Source: Bacilli bacterium
GTDB lineage: Bacteria; Bacillota_I; Bacilli_A; RFN20; CAG-826
NCBI GenBank assembly: GCA_024408655.1
Contig: JAKSUV010000003.1
Span: 74,674 to 138,673 of the forward strand
DNA length: 64,000 nt
Direction of reading: 5' to 3'
The notes beneath the pieces are model-generated. The model had not been told where the DNA came from and did no database searches. It saw only the letters and a program-made list of their open reading frames with translations. Position numbers and translations under genes: made by a program. Shown here one piece after another: positions 7,935 through 17,681 of the stretch (the stretch's first letter is position 1; each line of letters opens with the position of its first letter).

Positions 7935-9647
7935 TTACTTCTCGTCGTCGTAATATTCGTCGTACTCATCGTAATCGACATCATCCTCATCGTCAAAACT
8001 TTCTTCCGCGTTATTCTTCTCTTCTTCTTCCATTTCACGAAGTTCTTCGGCGGTATAGATGTCCATTTTCTTAATTTCTTCTTTGGGTTTATCGTCCTCT
8101 TTCTTTTCTTCGTGTGGAACTTCGGATTCGGTAATCTTGCGGGGCCGACGGGTTGGCTTATTGGCCGCTTTCTTTTCCGCCTCTTTTTCTTGTTCAAGTT
8201 GTTTTTCTAGATCAAGAATATTGGTCGTGGTCTTGATTTCCACGTGTTCGGCAGCGCGTTGTTCAGCGCGACTCGCGGCGGCTTTCGCCTTCGCTAATTC
8301 TTCTTCTAAGCTAGAAGTATGAGTTGTAGGCGCAGCACTTTCTTTCTTACGTTTCGCTTTGCTTTCTTCTTTTGAAGCAATCGCGTTGGCGCTTACTTTT
8401 TCTAGTTCAGCGGCCTTCTCTTTCTCTTTTTCTTCCTTATAGGCTAAAGATTGTTTCGCGAATTCGCTCTTCTTCTTTTCTTCTAAGCGAACCGCGTCTT
8501 GGGCTTTTAATTCTTCCGTAGTGGTGTATTTTAAACCTTCTTTTGCGGCTTCGGATTCTTCGAGGATCGTTAAATCATAACCCGTTAACATCACCGCTAA
8601 ACGAATATTAATGCCGCGTAAACCAATCGCTTTTGAGTATTGACCATCTTTGACGATACAGGTAGCTTCTTTACCCTCTTCATCGTCTTGGTCAATATTA
8701 ACACCGACGACTTCCGCGGGACGTAACGCATCAATAATATATAAGGATGGATTATCACTATAGGCGACGATATCAATCTTTTCTTTATCGCGTCCATTAC
8801 CACCTAATTGGTTCACCACTTTATTAATCCGGCCGCCGTCTTTACCAATGCAACTACCCGTTGCATCAACATCAGGATCATTAGAATAGACAGCGACTTT
8901 ACTTCTCTTACCGGCTTTCCGGGCGATGCCTTTAATAACAATCGTGCCATCATAGATTTCGTGAATTTCTTCTTCAAATAAGCGTTTCACAAAACCTGGA
9001 TGAGAACGCGTGACCGCGATACTACCCTTTTTATCGGTGGAGACATCCGCTAAATAGAGTTTAATTTGTTGACCGACGGTAAAGGTTTCATCACCGATCA
9101 TATCTTTACGCGATAAATAAATCGTGTGGTCACCAACTTTAACACCCGCACCCCGTTCTTCGACCTTTTCGACTTCACCTAAAACAATTTCGCCGATGTG
9201 GTCTTTATACGTTTCGTATAACACTTCCTTTTCCGCATCGTTTAAGCGTTGATGGAAAGCGTTCTTAAATTGTTTAATGAAAATTTTGCTTAACTCATCG
9301 ATATCGATATCTTCGTCGTGGATTTCAATCACATCATCATACTTAAGGTTCTTATCCTTCATGATTTCTTGGGCATCTTCTAAATCAATTTCGAGCATAT
9401 CGTCTTCGACGTCTTTCTTAATCGTTTTGATTTGGTAGAAATCCGCTTTACCTTTTTTGGTGTCTAAAACAACCTTCACTTTGGGATCCGGTAATTCGAT
9501 ATCTTCACTCTTCACACCGCCGTTTAAAATCCGGATATAAGCGCGTTCTAGCGCACTCACCGTAATCTCCCGAATCACATCAGGGGCGATGTTCTTTTCT
9601 TTGCCGAGCACTTCGCTCGCATCAATGAGTTTTTTCACATTAAACAT
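7935..9647 (-). CDS. nusA: transcription termination/antitermination factor NusA with a long K/E/A-rich, acidic-ended C-terminal tail
   Basis: An N-terminal NusA core (S1 and KH regions, e.g. GEIVLGEVEKVEERGAGVKVGD, SCIGKDGGRINKVVNQLGG) is followed by about 190 low-complexity residues ending DDEDDVDYDEYDEYYDDEK. Confidence 0.92.
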   Translation of the reverse strand: MFNVKKLIDASEVLGKEKNIAPDVIREITVSALERAYIRILNGGVKSEDIELPDPKVKVVLDTKKGKADFYQIKTIKKDVEDDMLEIDLEDAQEIMKDKNLKYDDVIEIHDEDIDIDELSKIFIKQFKNAFHQRLNDAEKEVLYETYKDHIGEIVLGEVEKVEERGAGVKVGDHTIYLSRKDMIGDETFTVGQQIKLYLADVSTDKKGSIAVTRSHPGFVKRLFEEEIHEIYDGTIVIKGIARKAGKRSKVAVYSNDPDVDATGSCIGKDGGRINKVVNQLGGNGRDKEKIDIVAYSDNPSLYIIDALRPAEVVGVNIDQDDEEGKEATCIVKDGQYSKAIGLRGINIRLAVMLTGYDLTILEESEAAKEGLKYTTTEELKAQDAVRLEEKKKSEFAKQSLAYKEEKEKEKAAELEKVSANAIASKEESKAKRKKESAAPTTHTSSLEEELAKAKAAASRAEQRAAEHVEIKTTTNILDLEKQLEQEKEAEKKAANKPTRRPRKITESEVPHEEKKEDDKPKEEIKKMDIYTAEELREMEEEEKNNAEESFDDEDDVDYDEYDEYYDDEK

Positions 9648-9658
9648 AATTATCTCCT

Positions 9659-10123
9659 TTAAAATTTAATGGCTAAATTCACTTTGTCGATGTCATTACG
9701 CACCAAGGTAATCGCTTTTTTCTTCGCTTTCTCTTGGACTAGCATCGTGACACTTTCTTTGTTAACTTCAAATAAAGTCCCCACGATGTTATTTAATCCC
9801 TTATAAGGATGAGAAAGGTGAACGTTAAGATAACGATTCAGGTAGTGATTAAGTTTACTAACCTCAATCGCTTTCTCCGCGCCTAGGCTTGTGACATCAA
9901 GGATATATGGATCCGTGATAATATCACTTGCATCGAGTAAGGGCGAGATTAAATCACTCACACTTACAATCATATCGAGACTAATGTCTTCGTCCTTATC
10001 AATCACAATGTGGAGGTAATACTCACCATTTTCTTTTTGGTAATGAACCTTCACTAAAGTGTAACCTAAGCTACTTAGCTTACCCTTTAATAGTGATGTG
10101 ACAGCACTTTCGATATGATTCAT
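9659..10123 (-). CDS. rimP: ribosome maturation factor RimP
   Basis: 154 aa, in the position immediately upstream of nusA; LGYTLVKVHYQKENGEYYLHIVID is typical. Confidence 0.85.
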   Translation of the reverse strand: MNHIESAVTSLLKGKLSSLGYTLVKVHYQKENGEYYLHIVIDKDEDISLDMIVSVSDLISPLLDASDIITDPYILDVTSLGAEKAIEVSKLNHYLNRYLNVHLSHPYKGLNNIVGTLFEVNKESVTMLVQEKAKKKAITLVRNDIDKVNLAIKF

Positions 10124-10134
10124 TTTCTCCCCTT

Positions 10135-10162
10135 AAAAATAAAGAGCGGCACCAGGCCACTC
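10135..10162 (-). terminator. intrinsic terminator/attenuator in the leader of the rimP-nusA-infB operon
   Basis: The minus strand reads GAGTGGC-CTGGT-GCCGCTC (7 bp including one G-U pair) followed by TTTATTTTT. It ends 4-5 nt before the rimP SD. Confidence 0.6.
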
Positions 10163-10323
10163 ATATATTTTGCTATAAGAGATTAGGTTTTGACACCTAA
10201 CGAGGTATATCTTACTACAGCCTTATAAAACTGCAAGTGAAAGATATTTAACGCACTAGCTATTGACCATTCTTTTTTCATAGAAAAAAGGTATAATGGT
10301 TAGGTATATAAAAAGGAGATATT

Positions 10324-11337
10324 ATGAACTATAGTAAAGAATTTGTGATGGGACTTCCAAAAGCGGAACTCCACTTACACTTAGAAGGAACTTTAGAACC
10401 GGAACTAAAACTTAAACTCGCTAATAAAAATCACATTGATATTGGTCAAAAAACGATTGAAGAGGTAAAGGCGAGTTATCAATTCCATGACCTGACGAGT
10501 TTCTTACAAGTTTATTATCCCGCGATGAATGTCTTACAAGATGAATCGGATTTCTATGCGTTAGCGCACGCTTATTTATTAAAAGCAAAGGCGCATAATG
10601 TTAAGTACTGCGAACTCTTCTTTGATCCCCAAGCTCATACTTCTCGTGGTGTTCCCTTTAAAACCGTCATTAACGGTTACTATAAAGCGGTGAGTGAAGC
10701 GAAAGCAACTTTAGGTGTCGAAGCGCATCTAATTATGTGTTTCTTACGCGATATGTCGTATGAGTCCGCGAAAGAAACCTATCAAGCGATGTTACCTTAT
10801 AAAGATAAGATTATCGGGATTGGGCTTGATTCCGATGAACGGAATAATCCACCCGAGAAATTTAAAGACATTTTCTTACAAGCCAAAAAAGATGGCTTAC
10901 ATATCACCATGCACTGCGACATCGACCAAATTGATTCCATTAAACATATTCGCACTTGCTTAATGGAGATTGGCGTTGAGCGGCTTGATCACGGCACGAA
11001 TATCGTTGAAGACGAATCACTGGTAGATTATGTCGTCAAACATAAGATTGGTTTTACTTGTTGCCCGGTCTCGAATAGCTTTGTTACGAAAGACATGAAA
11101 GGCAAAGAAATGAAATATTTATTAAGCAAAGGGGCACTCGTCACGGTTAACTCCGATGACCCCGCCTATTTCCAAAGTTATGTCTCGGATGACTTATACA
11201 CTTTAGCGAGTAAGTTTAATCTCAGCAAAGAAGAAGTGATTGAGCTCGCGAAAAACTCCTTCCGCGCAAGCTTTATGAGCGAAGCAAAAAAAGCGGAATA
11301 TCTAAAACAAATTGACGAGTACGTCAAAACTCACTAA
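10324..11337 (+). CDS. add: adenosine/adenine deaminase family protein
   Basis: Metal-ligand strings LPKAELHLHLEGTL, ITMHCD and VTVNSDDPAYF. Confidence 0.85.
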   Translation: MNYSKEFVMGLPKAELHLHLEGTLEPELKLKLANKNHIDIGQKTIEEVKASYQFHDLTSFLQVYYPAMNVLQDESDFYALAHAYLLKAKAHNVKYCELFFDPQAHTSRGVPFKTVINGYYKAVSEAKATLGVEAHLIMCFLRDMSYESAKETYQAMLPYKDKIIGIGLDSDERNNPPEKFKDIFLQAKKDGLHITMHCDIDQIDSIKHIRTCLMEIGVERLDHGTNIVEDESLVDYVVKHKIGFTCCPVSNSFVTKDMKGKEMKYLLSKGALVTVNSDDPAYFQSYVSDDLYTLASKFNLSKEEVIELAKNSFRASFMSEAKKAEYLKQIDEYVKTH

Positions 11338-12273
11338 TTAGCACTTTTTAATCGCGCGTAGTTTTGCGCTTTTGGCGCGGTGATTTAATTCAACTTCTTC
11401 CTCACTCGGTGTCACGACTTTTTTGGTGAGTAAGACAAACGGCATCTTATCATTGGTTGGTAATTCATAAACATCTTCGCGGTCACCAATGGTGCGAGTT
11501 AACTTTTCAAAAATGTTCTTCACAATCCGGTCTTCAAGACTATGGAAGGAGATCACGACTAAACGACCATTAGGTTTTAAATAATTCACCGCTTTATTTA
11601 AGGCAATCTCTAAATTATTTAATTCATCGTTAACTTCAATGCGTAACGCTTGGAAGACTTGTTGAGCAGGATGGCCACTTTGGCTCGCGTTCTTTTTGGG
11701 CTTAGCGTGCTTAACGATTTCCGCGAGTTCAATCGTGGAAATAATTTCGTTCCATTCCCGGCGCTTCACAATTCGCTTAGCAATTTTATAGGCATCCGGA
11801 TCTTCACCATTATCGCGGAAGATTCTCGTTAGTTCACGGAGTGAATAATTGTTGACGATATATTTCGCGGTTAATTTTTGACTCCGATCCATCCGCATAT
11901 CAAGGTTGCCCTTATGTTGATAAGAGAAACCACGATAATCTTCATCAAGTTGCGGAGAAGAAACACCAAGGTCTAATAAAATACCATCAACTTTATCAAT
12001 GTTCTTAATCTTTAAGAATTCGTCAAAATAACGATAATTACTATGAATAATTTCGTAATGGCCTTGGGTCTTGACACTCGCTAAAACTTTTTCACTATCA
12101 CTCACCGCTTCTTCATCAAGATCAAAACCAATTAATAAACCGTTCTTGCCTAAGTGTTTTAAAATTTCGGAAGCGTGACCAGCGCGACCAATCGTAAAAT
12201 CAAGGTATACACCATTTGGTTTCACGTTTAAAAACTTAATTGCTTCGTTTTTTAAGACAGGAATGTGCTTCAT
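11338..12273 (-). CDS. rsmH: 16S rRNA (cytosine1402-N4)-methyltransferase
   Basis: HIPVL..E....L......YLDFT.G.AGH, LLDLGVSSPQLD and SFHSLEDRIVK are RsmH/MraW hallmarks. Confidence 0.93.
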   Translation of the reverse strand: MKHIPVLKNEAIKFLNVKPNGVYLDFTIGRAGHASEILKHLGKNGLLIGFDLDEEAVSDSEKVLASVKTQGHYEIIHSNYRYFDEFLKIKNIDKVDGILLDLGVSSPQLDEDYRGFSYQHKGNLDMRMDRSQKLTAKYIVNNYSLRELTRIFRDNGEDPDAYKIAKRIVKRREWNEIISTIELAEIVKHAKPKKNASQSGHPAQQVFQALRIEVNDELNNLEIALNKAVNYLKPNGRLVVISFHSLEDRIVKNIFEKLTRTIGDREDVYELPTNDKMPFVLLTKKVVTPSEEEVELNHRAKSAKLRAIKKC

Positions 12274-12746
12274 ACATCAAAATCCTTTAGTTTATCGAAA
12301 GCGGGATTATATTCGTTATCCTTTTGTTTTCTTAGTTCATCTTCGCTAAGAACTCGATAACCTTCCCCACTTGTTTTAATTTTAGCACCTTTTTTAACTA
12401 CACGAGTCGGAATTTCACCAACTACTAAATCAAGGATAATCGGGTCAAGGTCCACTATGCTCCCTTCTACATAATAAGTATCAGGATTATTTGGGTCATC
12501 ACTTAAGTCAATTGACTCAGTAAAATTAAGCGGATAATCAACTGGTTCAAGCGTGTAAGCACACGCAACTACCGCAGTGCCGCGAATCGCTAAAGTCACA
12601 TTAATTAAGTTCCCATCGTTAAAGATATCCGCCCGAACTTTAAGGTGATTAAGCGCTAAAAGCGGCTTCCTTACACTTTTAAAATTCACTTCTTCTTCAA
12701 GAGTGTAAAGTTCTTTCGGAGCAATTTTCGCGATGTTAAATTTCAT
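12270..12746 (-). CDS. YceD/DUF177-family protein
   Basis: 158 aa; the ..VDLDPIILDLVVGEIPTRVV.. pattern resembles DUF177. It is tightly packed between pheT and rsmH. Confidence 0.5.
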   Translation of the reverse strand: MKFNIAKIAPKELYTLEEEVNFKSVRKPLLALNHLKVRADIFNDGNLINVTLAIRGTAVVACAYTLEPVDYPLNFTESIDLSDDPNNPDTYYVEGSIVDLDPIILDLVVGEIPTRVVKKGAKIKTSGEGYRVLSEDELRKQKDNEYNPAFDKLKDFDV

Positions 12747-15134
12747 TTACCGCACCTTAATATTTTCTTTTAGTAACGCCGCGACGATCTTATTCATCGT
12801 CTCATTAATTTCCGCGTCTTTTAGTGTTCCATCATTTTTATTAAGAGCGATCGTGACCGCAATGGATTTTTGTTCATGAAGATTTTTATCTTGATAGACA
12901 TCAAAGATTTCGACTTGTTTAACAAGTGAACCACCGTGCTTTTTAATAAGATTAATCACGCTTTCGCCTTTAGTCGAAGGCGCGACAAGTAAAGCAAGGT
13001 CACGCGTCACCGTTGGGAAACGCGGAATCGCTTTGAACTTAGTGTGCCCGGTTGGTAAAGCAAGTAACTTATCAAATTTTAATTCAAGCACTAGCACTTG
13101 GTTATTCTTAATTTGGTAACGAGAATAAACACTGGGGTGCAGTTCGCCAAGATAACCAATCGTTTCCTTATTAAGGCTAATAACCGCACTCCGCGTGGGG
13201 TGAAGTTCGTTACTCGCAAAGTTTAGTTCGTTTAAACTATAACGGTTTTTCTCAATACCGATAATTTGCATCACCGCTTCTAAATACCCTTTTAATGAAT
13301 AGAAGTTATACGGGGTTTTCTTTAAAGCACCTTGTAAAAGCTCTTGACCAGTTAAGACAATCGCTAAACGAAGACTCTTGCCACCTTCCGCTGTCACTTC
13401 GCTAATCTCAAATAAACCAAAGTCTTTATTTTGGCGAGCGAGATTAAAGCTCGTTACATCAAGTAAAGAAGGAATAAGATTAGGCCGGACATAAGCGTGA
13501 TCATCGGTCATCGGGTTCTTAATTTTTAAAGGGGCACCATCTACTAATAAACGGAATTCATTTGCCCGCTTTTCGTTAACCAAGGTGTAACTAACCGTTT
13601 GGTATAAACCTAAACTACTGAAGTGATTTTTGATTTCTTTGATGAGCCGTTGTTTTTCAGTGTAAACACCAGGTAGAGTCGTAAGTTTTGGTAATTCCGC
13701 TTTCACATCTTTAAAGCCTAAAATCCGCACCACTTCTTCCGCCAAATCATTAAGGCCATCAATATCAATTCGGTAACTAGGAGCGGTAGCAAGGAAACTC
13801 GTTTTGGTTTCTTTACTAATAGCAAAATGGTCCGCTTTTAAAGTATCGCGAATAAGACCTAAAGCGTAATCAGTGCCTAAAACACTATTAATACTTGTGC
13901 TCGTCACCGTAAATTGCTTCGCTTCCTTTTTTGTTTCATCATAAGGTTTTACTTCGTTAGCTTCTTTGGCCCCGCAATATTTTTTAATTAAAGCCGCTGC
14001 TAAGTTCACCGCCTCATAAGCGCTTTGTGGATTAAGTCCGTGCGTAAAGCGAATAGAGGATTCACTAATGAGATTAAGGCGAGTTGAGGTGCGCCGAATT
14101 TGAGCGGCATCAAAGATGGCGGCTTCAATCACAATGTTTTTCGTCGCTAAACTATCACTACTTTCTAAGCCACCCATAATCCCCGCTAAACACATTGGCT
14201 TTTTATTACTCGTGACCACTAAATCGCCTTTCTTCACTTGATAGGTCTTATGGTCTAGGGCTACGAAATCACCCACATAATCATCGCGAACAACAAGTTC
14301 TTTCTTAGGTAATTTATCTAAGTCATACATGTGTAATGGTTGCCCAGTTAGTAGCATTACATAGTTACCAATATCAACGATATTGTTAATTGGCCGCACT
14401 CCCATAGCGATTAAATGCTTCTTAATTTCTAAGGGCGATTCTTTAACGGTAATATCGTGAAAAATTTGGGAAACAAATAATTGACATTTATTAGTGACAC
14501 TCATGACTTTAAAGTCCGTTAATTGCCCAGTTATCGGTTCTGCATCAATACTCTTAACCTCACGGTTAAATAATGTTCCGACTTCTTGCGCAACGTGATA
14601 TAGCGATAATAAATCAGGCCGATTCGCTAAAAGTTTTAAGTTTAAGACGACATCGTCTAAACCAAGTTTATCAAGGACGTCTTCTTCACCCACTTGAAAC
14701 TCTTTCCCTAATTCGTGGATCCCCGTTAAGTCAGGTGTATCAACATACTTTTCATCTACACCTAATTCAAGTAAAGAACAACACATTCCGTTACTTTGAT
14801 AGCCACGGATCGTACTGACCTTAATTTCTCCACCAGGTAATTTTGCGCCAGGCATAGCGACAATAACTTTTAAATCTTTTCGAACATTTGGTGCGCCACA
14901 AATAATTTGTTTCACACCATATTTCTTGCCTAAATCAACCTCACATAAATGTAAATGGGTGTCGGGCACTAATTCACATTTTTTAACTTCCCCAACGACG
15001 AGATTACTCGCTGTACTTAAACGAGCGATGCTTTCGACTTCCACTCCCGCGAAAGTTAACTTCTTCGCGACCATTTCGGGAGTTAAATCATGTAAGTCGA
15101 CTAATTCGGATAACCAACGATATGACACTAACAT
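12747..15134 (-). CDS. pheT: phenylalanine--tRNA ligase beta subunit
   Basis: 795 aa with N-terminal MLVSYRWLSELVDL and the B3/4, B5 and FDX-ACB layout; it follows pheS. Confidence 0.95.
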   Translation of the reverse strand: MLVSYRWLSELVDLHDLTPEMVAKKLTFAGVEVESIARLSTASNLVVGEVKKCELVPDTHLHLCEVDLGKKYGVKQIICGAPNVRKDLKVIVAMPGAKLPGGEIKVSTIRGYQSNGMCCSLLELGVDEKYVDTPDLTGIHELGKEFQVGEEDVLDKLGLDDVVLNLKLLANRPDLLSLYHVAQEVGTLFNREVKSIDAEPITGQLTDFKVMSVTNKCQLFVSQIFHDITVKESPLEIKKHLIAMGVRPINNIVDIGNYVMLLTGQPLHMYDLDKLPKKELVVRDDYVGDFVALDHKTYQVKKGDLVVTSNKKPMCLAGIMGGLESSDSLATKNIVIEAAIFDAAQIRRTSTRLNLISESSIRFTHGLNPQSAYEAVNLAAALIKKYCGAKEANEVKPYDETKKEAKQFTVTSTSINSVLGTDYALGLIRDTLKADHFAISKETKTSFLATAPSYRIDIDGLNDLAEEVVRILGFKDVKAELPKLTTLPGVYTEKQRLIKEIKNHFSSLGLYQTVSYTLVNEKRANEFRLLVDGAPLKIKNPMTDDHAYVRPNLIPSLLDVTSFNLARQNKDFGLFEISEVTAEGGKSLRLAIVLTGQELLQGALKKTPYNFYSLKGYLEAVMQIIGIEKNRYSLNELNFASNELHPTRSAVISLNKETIGYLGELHPSVYSRYQIKNNQVLVLELKFDKLLALPTGHTKFKAIPRFPTVTRDLALLVAPSTKGESVINLIKKHGGSLVKQVEIFDVYQDKNLHEQKSIAVTIALNKNDGTLKDAEINETMNKIVAALLKENIKVR

Positions 15135-15137
15135 AAC

Positions 15138-16163
15138 TTATCTCCTTTTAAACTCACTAAGAAAACGAACATCGTTTTGGTAGAAACGACGGATATCATC
15201 AATCCCGTATTTTAGCATCGCAATTCTTTCTAGACCGACGCCAAAAGCGAAACCACTATATTCTTTTGGATCATAACCATTGAGTTTTAAAACGCGTGGA
15301 TTAACCACCCCCGCACCAAGAATCTCAATATAGCCGGTGCCTTTACAAGTTGGACAACCCTTACCACCGCATTTATCGCAGCTCACATCCACTTCAACAC
15401 TTGGTTCAGTGAAAGGGAAATAAGAACTCCGCAACCGGATCTCGCGTTTTTCACCAAAGAGCTTTTTCACAAACGCTTCTAAGGTTTTTTCTAAGTGACC
15501 AAGGTGAATACCTTTATCAATTAACAATCCTTCAATTTGCATGAATTGATGGGAATGGGTTAAATCATCGTTATCCCGACGATAACATTTCCCTGGACAA
15601 ATAATCCGCACCGGACCACCTCTAGCTTCTTTCATCGCTCTTGCTTGGGCGGGACTCGTGTGGGTTCTTAATAACATCGTATCGCTTAGATAGAAGGTAT
15701 CTTGCATTTCGCGAGCGGGATGGTCTTTTGGAATATTCATTAATTCAAAGTTATATTCATCACTTTCCACATCACTACCTTCATAAACTTGGTAGCCCAT
15801 ACCTAAAAAGATTTCGGTAATTTCTTCTTCCACTAACGCTAACGGATTAACCCCGGCTTTACTATATGAGTTGGCGGGTAAAGAGATATCAATTTTTTCA
15901 TTTTTTAAACGAGCGTCTAACGCTTGTGCGTTAATACTAGCGAGTTTTTCTTCAAAGGCTTTACTAATCGCGTTCCGGGTTTCGTTAATCTTTTGGCCAA
16001 ACGTTTTTCTTTCTTCCGCAGCGATATTTTTTAGTTCGCCCATCTTCTGGTTAATTTCGCTTTTTTTGCTTAAGAAAAGATTACGAACACTCGTTAATGC
16101 TTCGGCATTCTTCGCATCATTAATCGCTTTTAAGGCCGCTTGTTTAATCTCATCAAGTTCCAT
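15138..16163 (-). CDS. pheS: phenylalanine--tRNA ligase alpha subunit
   Basis: Class II motifs HPAREMQDTFY, LLRTHTSPAQ and GFAFGVGLERIAML. Confidence 0.97.
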   Translation of the reverse strand: MELDEIKQAALKAINDAKNAEALTSVRNLFLSKKSEINQKMGELKNIAAEERKTFGQKINETRNAISKAFEEKLASINAQALDARLKNEKIDISLPANSYSKAGVNPLALVEEEITEIFLGMGYQVYEGSDVESDEYNFELMNIPKDHPAREMQDTFYLSDTMLLRTHTSPAQARAMKEARGGPVRIICPGKCYRRDNDDLTHSHQFMQIEGLLIDKGIHLGHLEKTLEAFVKKLFGEKREIRLRSSYFPFTEPSVEVDVSCDKCGGKGCPTCKGTGYIEILGAGVVNPRVLKLNGYDPKEYSGFAFGVGLERIAMLKYGIDDIRRFYQNDVRFLSEFKRR

Positions 16164-16177
16164 AAATTACCTCCTTT

Positions 16178-16385
16178 TAAAGAAAAAAAGATGACACCAG
16201 GAACGATTGCTCGCGGTACCATCCTACTTCGTAATTTAATACGCACTTAATTGCTCTACGTTAACCCCGCATTAGGAGACTCCGAGGTGAATTCATCGCT
16301 TTGCTAGTTAGATTATTTTCACTCTCTAATCTTCACTACCACTAGTAAACTTGCGATTACTACTTCTCTTCTACGTCCAAAATTA
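16178..16385 (-). promoter_or_regulatory. T-box riboswitch leader (Phe specifier) with terminator
   Basis: The minus strand contains GGATGGTACCGCGAG (T-box consensus GGTGGTACCGCG; plus-strand coordinates 16212-16224). The terminator arm CCTGGTGTCATC is followed by TTTTTTT. The stem I region has AGAGA/GTGA motifs. GAAUUCA provides UUC followed by A as the candidate specifier (16289-16291). Confidence 0.85.
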
Positions 16386-16396
16386 TTATAACTAGT

Positions 16397-17029
16397 TTAT
16401 TTTAAGTTGTGAAGAACAATTGACGCGGCAACGCTCACATTTAAAGAATCTATATTCTTTATAGGAATCTTCGTGACGACATCCGCAAGTGATAAAATCG
16501 CTTCATTAACACCCCGGGCTTCGTTACCAAAAACCATCACAAATTGTGGTGATACTTTTAACTTATTAAATAGGGTCGCCCCCTTTAATCCGGTTGCAAT
16601 AATTTGGTGATCCTTTTTTAGTTCACGAAGTAATTTAATATCGCCATAACAAACATTAATATCAAAGATGATGTCTTTAGCAACGGCTAAACATTTCTCG
16701 TTATAGATTGAAACAGAGTGAGGTGATAACACTAAGTCATGATATCCACATTCTTTCATAAGATAAATGATTTTACCTAAGTTACTCGGGTCAGTTATTT
16801 CGTCTAAATAAATAATTCTTTTACCAAGTGGCTGACTATTTAGATACTTCACAATCCCCACCACTCCATCGTTAAGTTGATACGCCGCTTTTAATAAATG
16901 GAGACGTCTCGCTTTATTAATTGATGCTTCATCAAAAACAAGAAAACACTTTTGTTTCACTTGTTCTTTATGTAAACGAAGTTTATTAACTTCTTTTAAT
17001 TTGGTTTTACTAATCATTTCCATAATCAT
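16397..17029 (-). CDS. TrmH/SpoU-family RNA 2'-O-methyltransferase
   Basis: C-terminal FGNEARGV ... IPI.NIDSLNVSVAASIVLH is the SpoU methylase motif. Confidence 0.8.
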   Translation of the reverse strand: MIMEMISKTKLKEVNKLRLHKEQVKQKCFLVFDEASINKARRLHLLKAAYQLNDGVVGIVKYLNSQPLGKRIIYLDEITDPSNLGKIIYLMKECGYHDLVLSPHSVSIYNEKCLAVAKDIIFDINVCYGDIKLLRELKKDHQIIATGLKGATLFNKLKVSPQFVMVFGNEARGVNEAILSLADVVTKIPIKNIDSLNVSVAASIVLHNLK

Positions 17030-17681
17030 AATGATGATGCGATAACGCCTTACTTAACGCTTTATAGTTTGGACAATATTGATAGACAAGTGCATAAAAG
17101 TCTTTTGAATGATCAAAGAATTTATCATGGGCGAGTTCGTGGATAATCACACTATCAATGATTGGTCCACTGTAGTGTACGAGCTGTAAGGCAAAGGATA
17201 ATGCACCGGTATACCGACGATTTGAACCATAACGGCTATTCATATCTCGTACCGTAATACGATAATGTTTAGTGCCCATTAATTTCTCTAAACGTGGTAA
17301 TTGAGATAATAGATAATCCTTTAACAAACTCTTTAAGAATTCGTTTAAATCGGTCTGACTTTTTACTTCGATGTGATCAGGGAAGACATGATTAACACTC
17401 GTGATAAGATATGGCATCTTTTTCCCAAAGATATAAACATAGTTACGACCAATCGCTGGAGTATATTTATTTTTCTCCGCTTTTTCAATGAGACCCGGCG
17501 CAAAACGTTCTAGACCAGCGAAGATTTCTTTTTGACTTGTGCGATATGGCGCATTGATATTAAAGGTTAAAGTTGGCGCATCATAACGATAGTTAATGTT
17601 ACGCATTCTCGGACGAAAATTAATCACGACTTGGTAGTTAGTGAACTCGTAAAGATAGTTCGTAATAATCATCTCGTGCAT
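17010..17681 (-). CDS. YgjP-like metal-dependent hydrolase (DUF45)
   Basis: IIHELAHDKFFDHSKDFYALV is an HExxH-containing DUF45 signature. The first ATG is at 17681, with TATAAT 7 nt upstream and no SD. Confidence 0.65.
   Translation of the reverse strand: MHEMIITNYLYEFTNYQVVINFRPRMRNINYRYDAPTLTFNINAPYRTSQKEIFAGLERFAPGLIEKAEKNKYTPAIGRNYVYIFGKKMPYLITSVNHVFPDHIEVKSQTDLNEFLKSLLKDYLLSQLPRLEKLMGTKHYRITVRDMNSRYGSNRRYTGALSFALQLVHYSGPIIDSVIIHELAHDKFFDHSKDFYALVYQYCPNYKALSKALSHHHYDYGND

Noticed and set aside
7931-8197. An 88-aa K/R-rich ORF on the minus strand, overlapping the 3' end of nusA in another frame.
   Set aside because: It is an alternative-frame reading of the GAA/AAG-rich low-complexity region that encodes the NusA tail. 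It has no SD and no independent signal.
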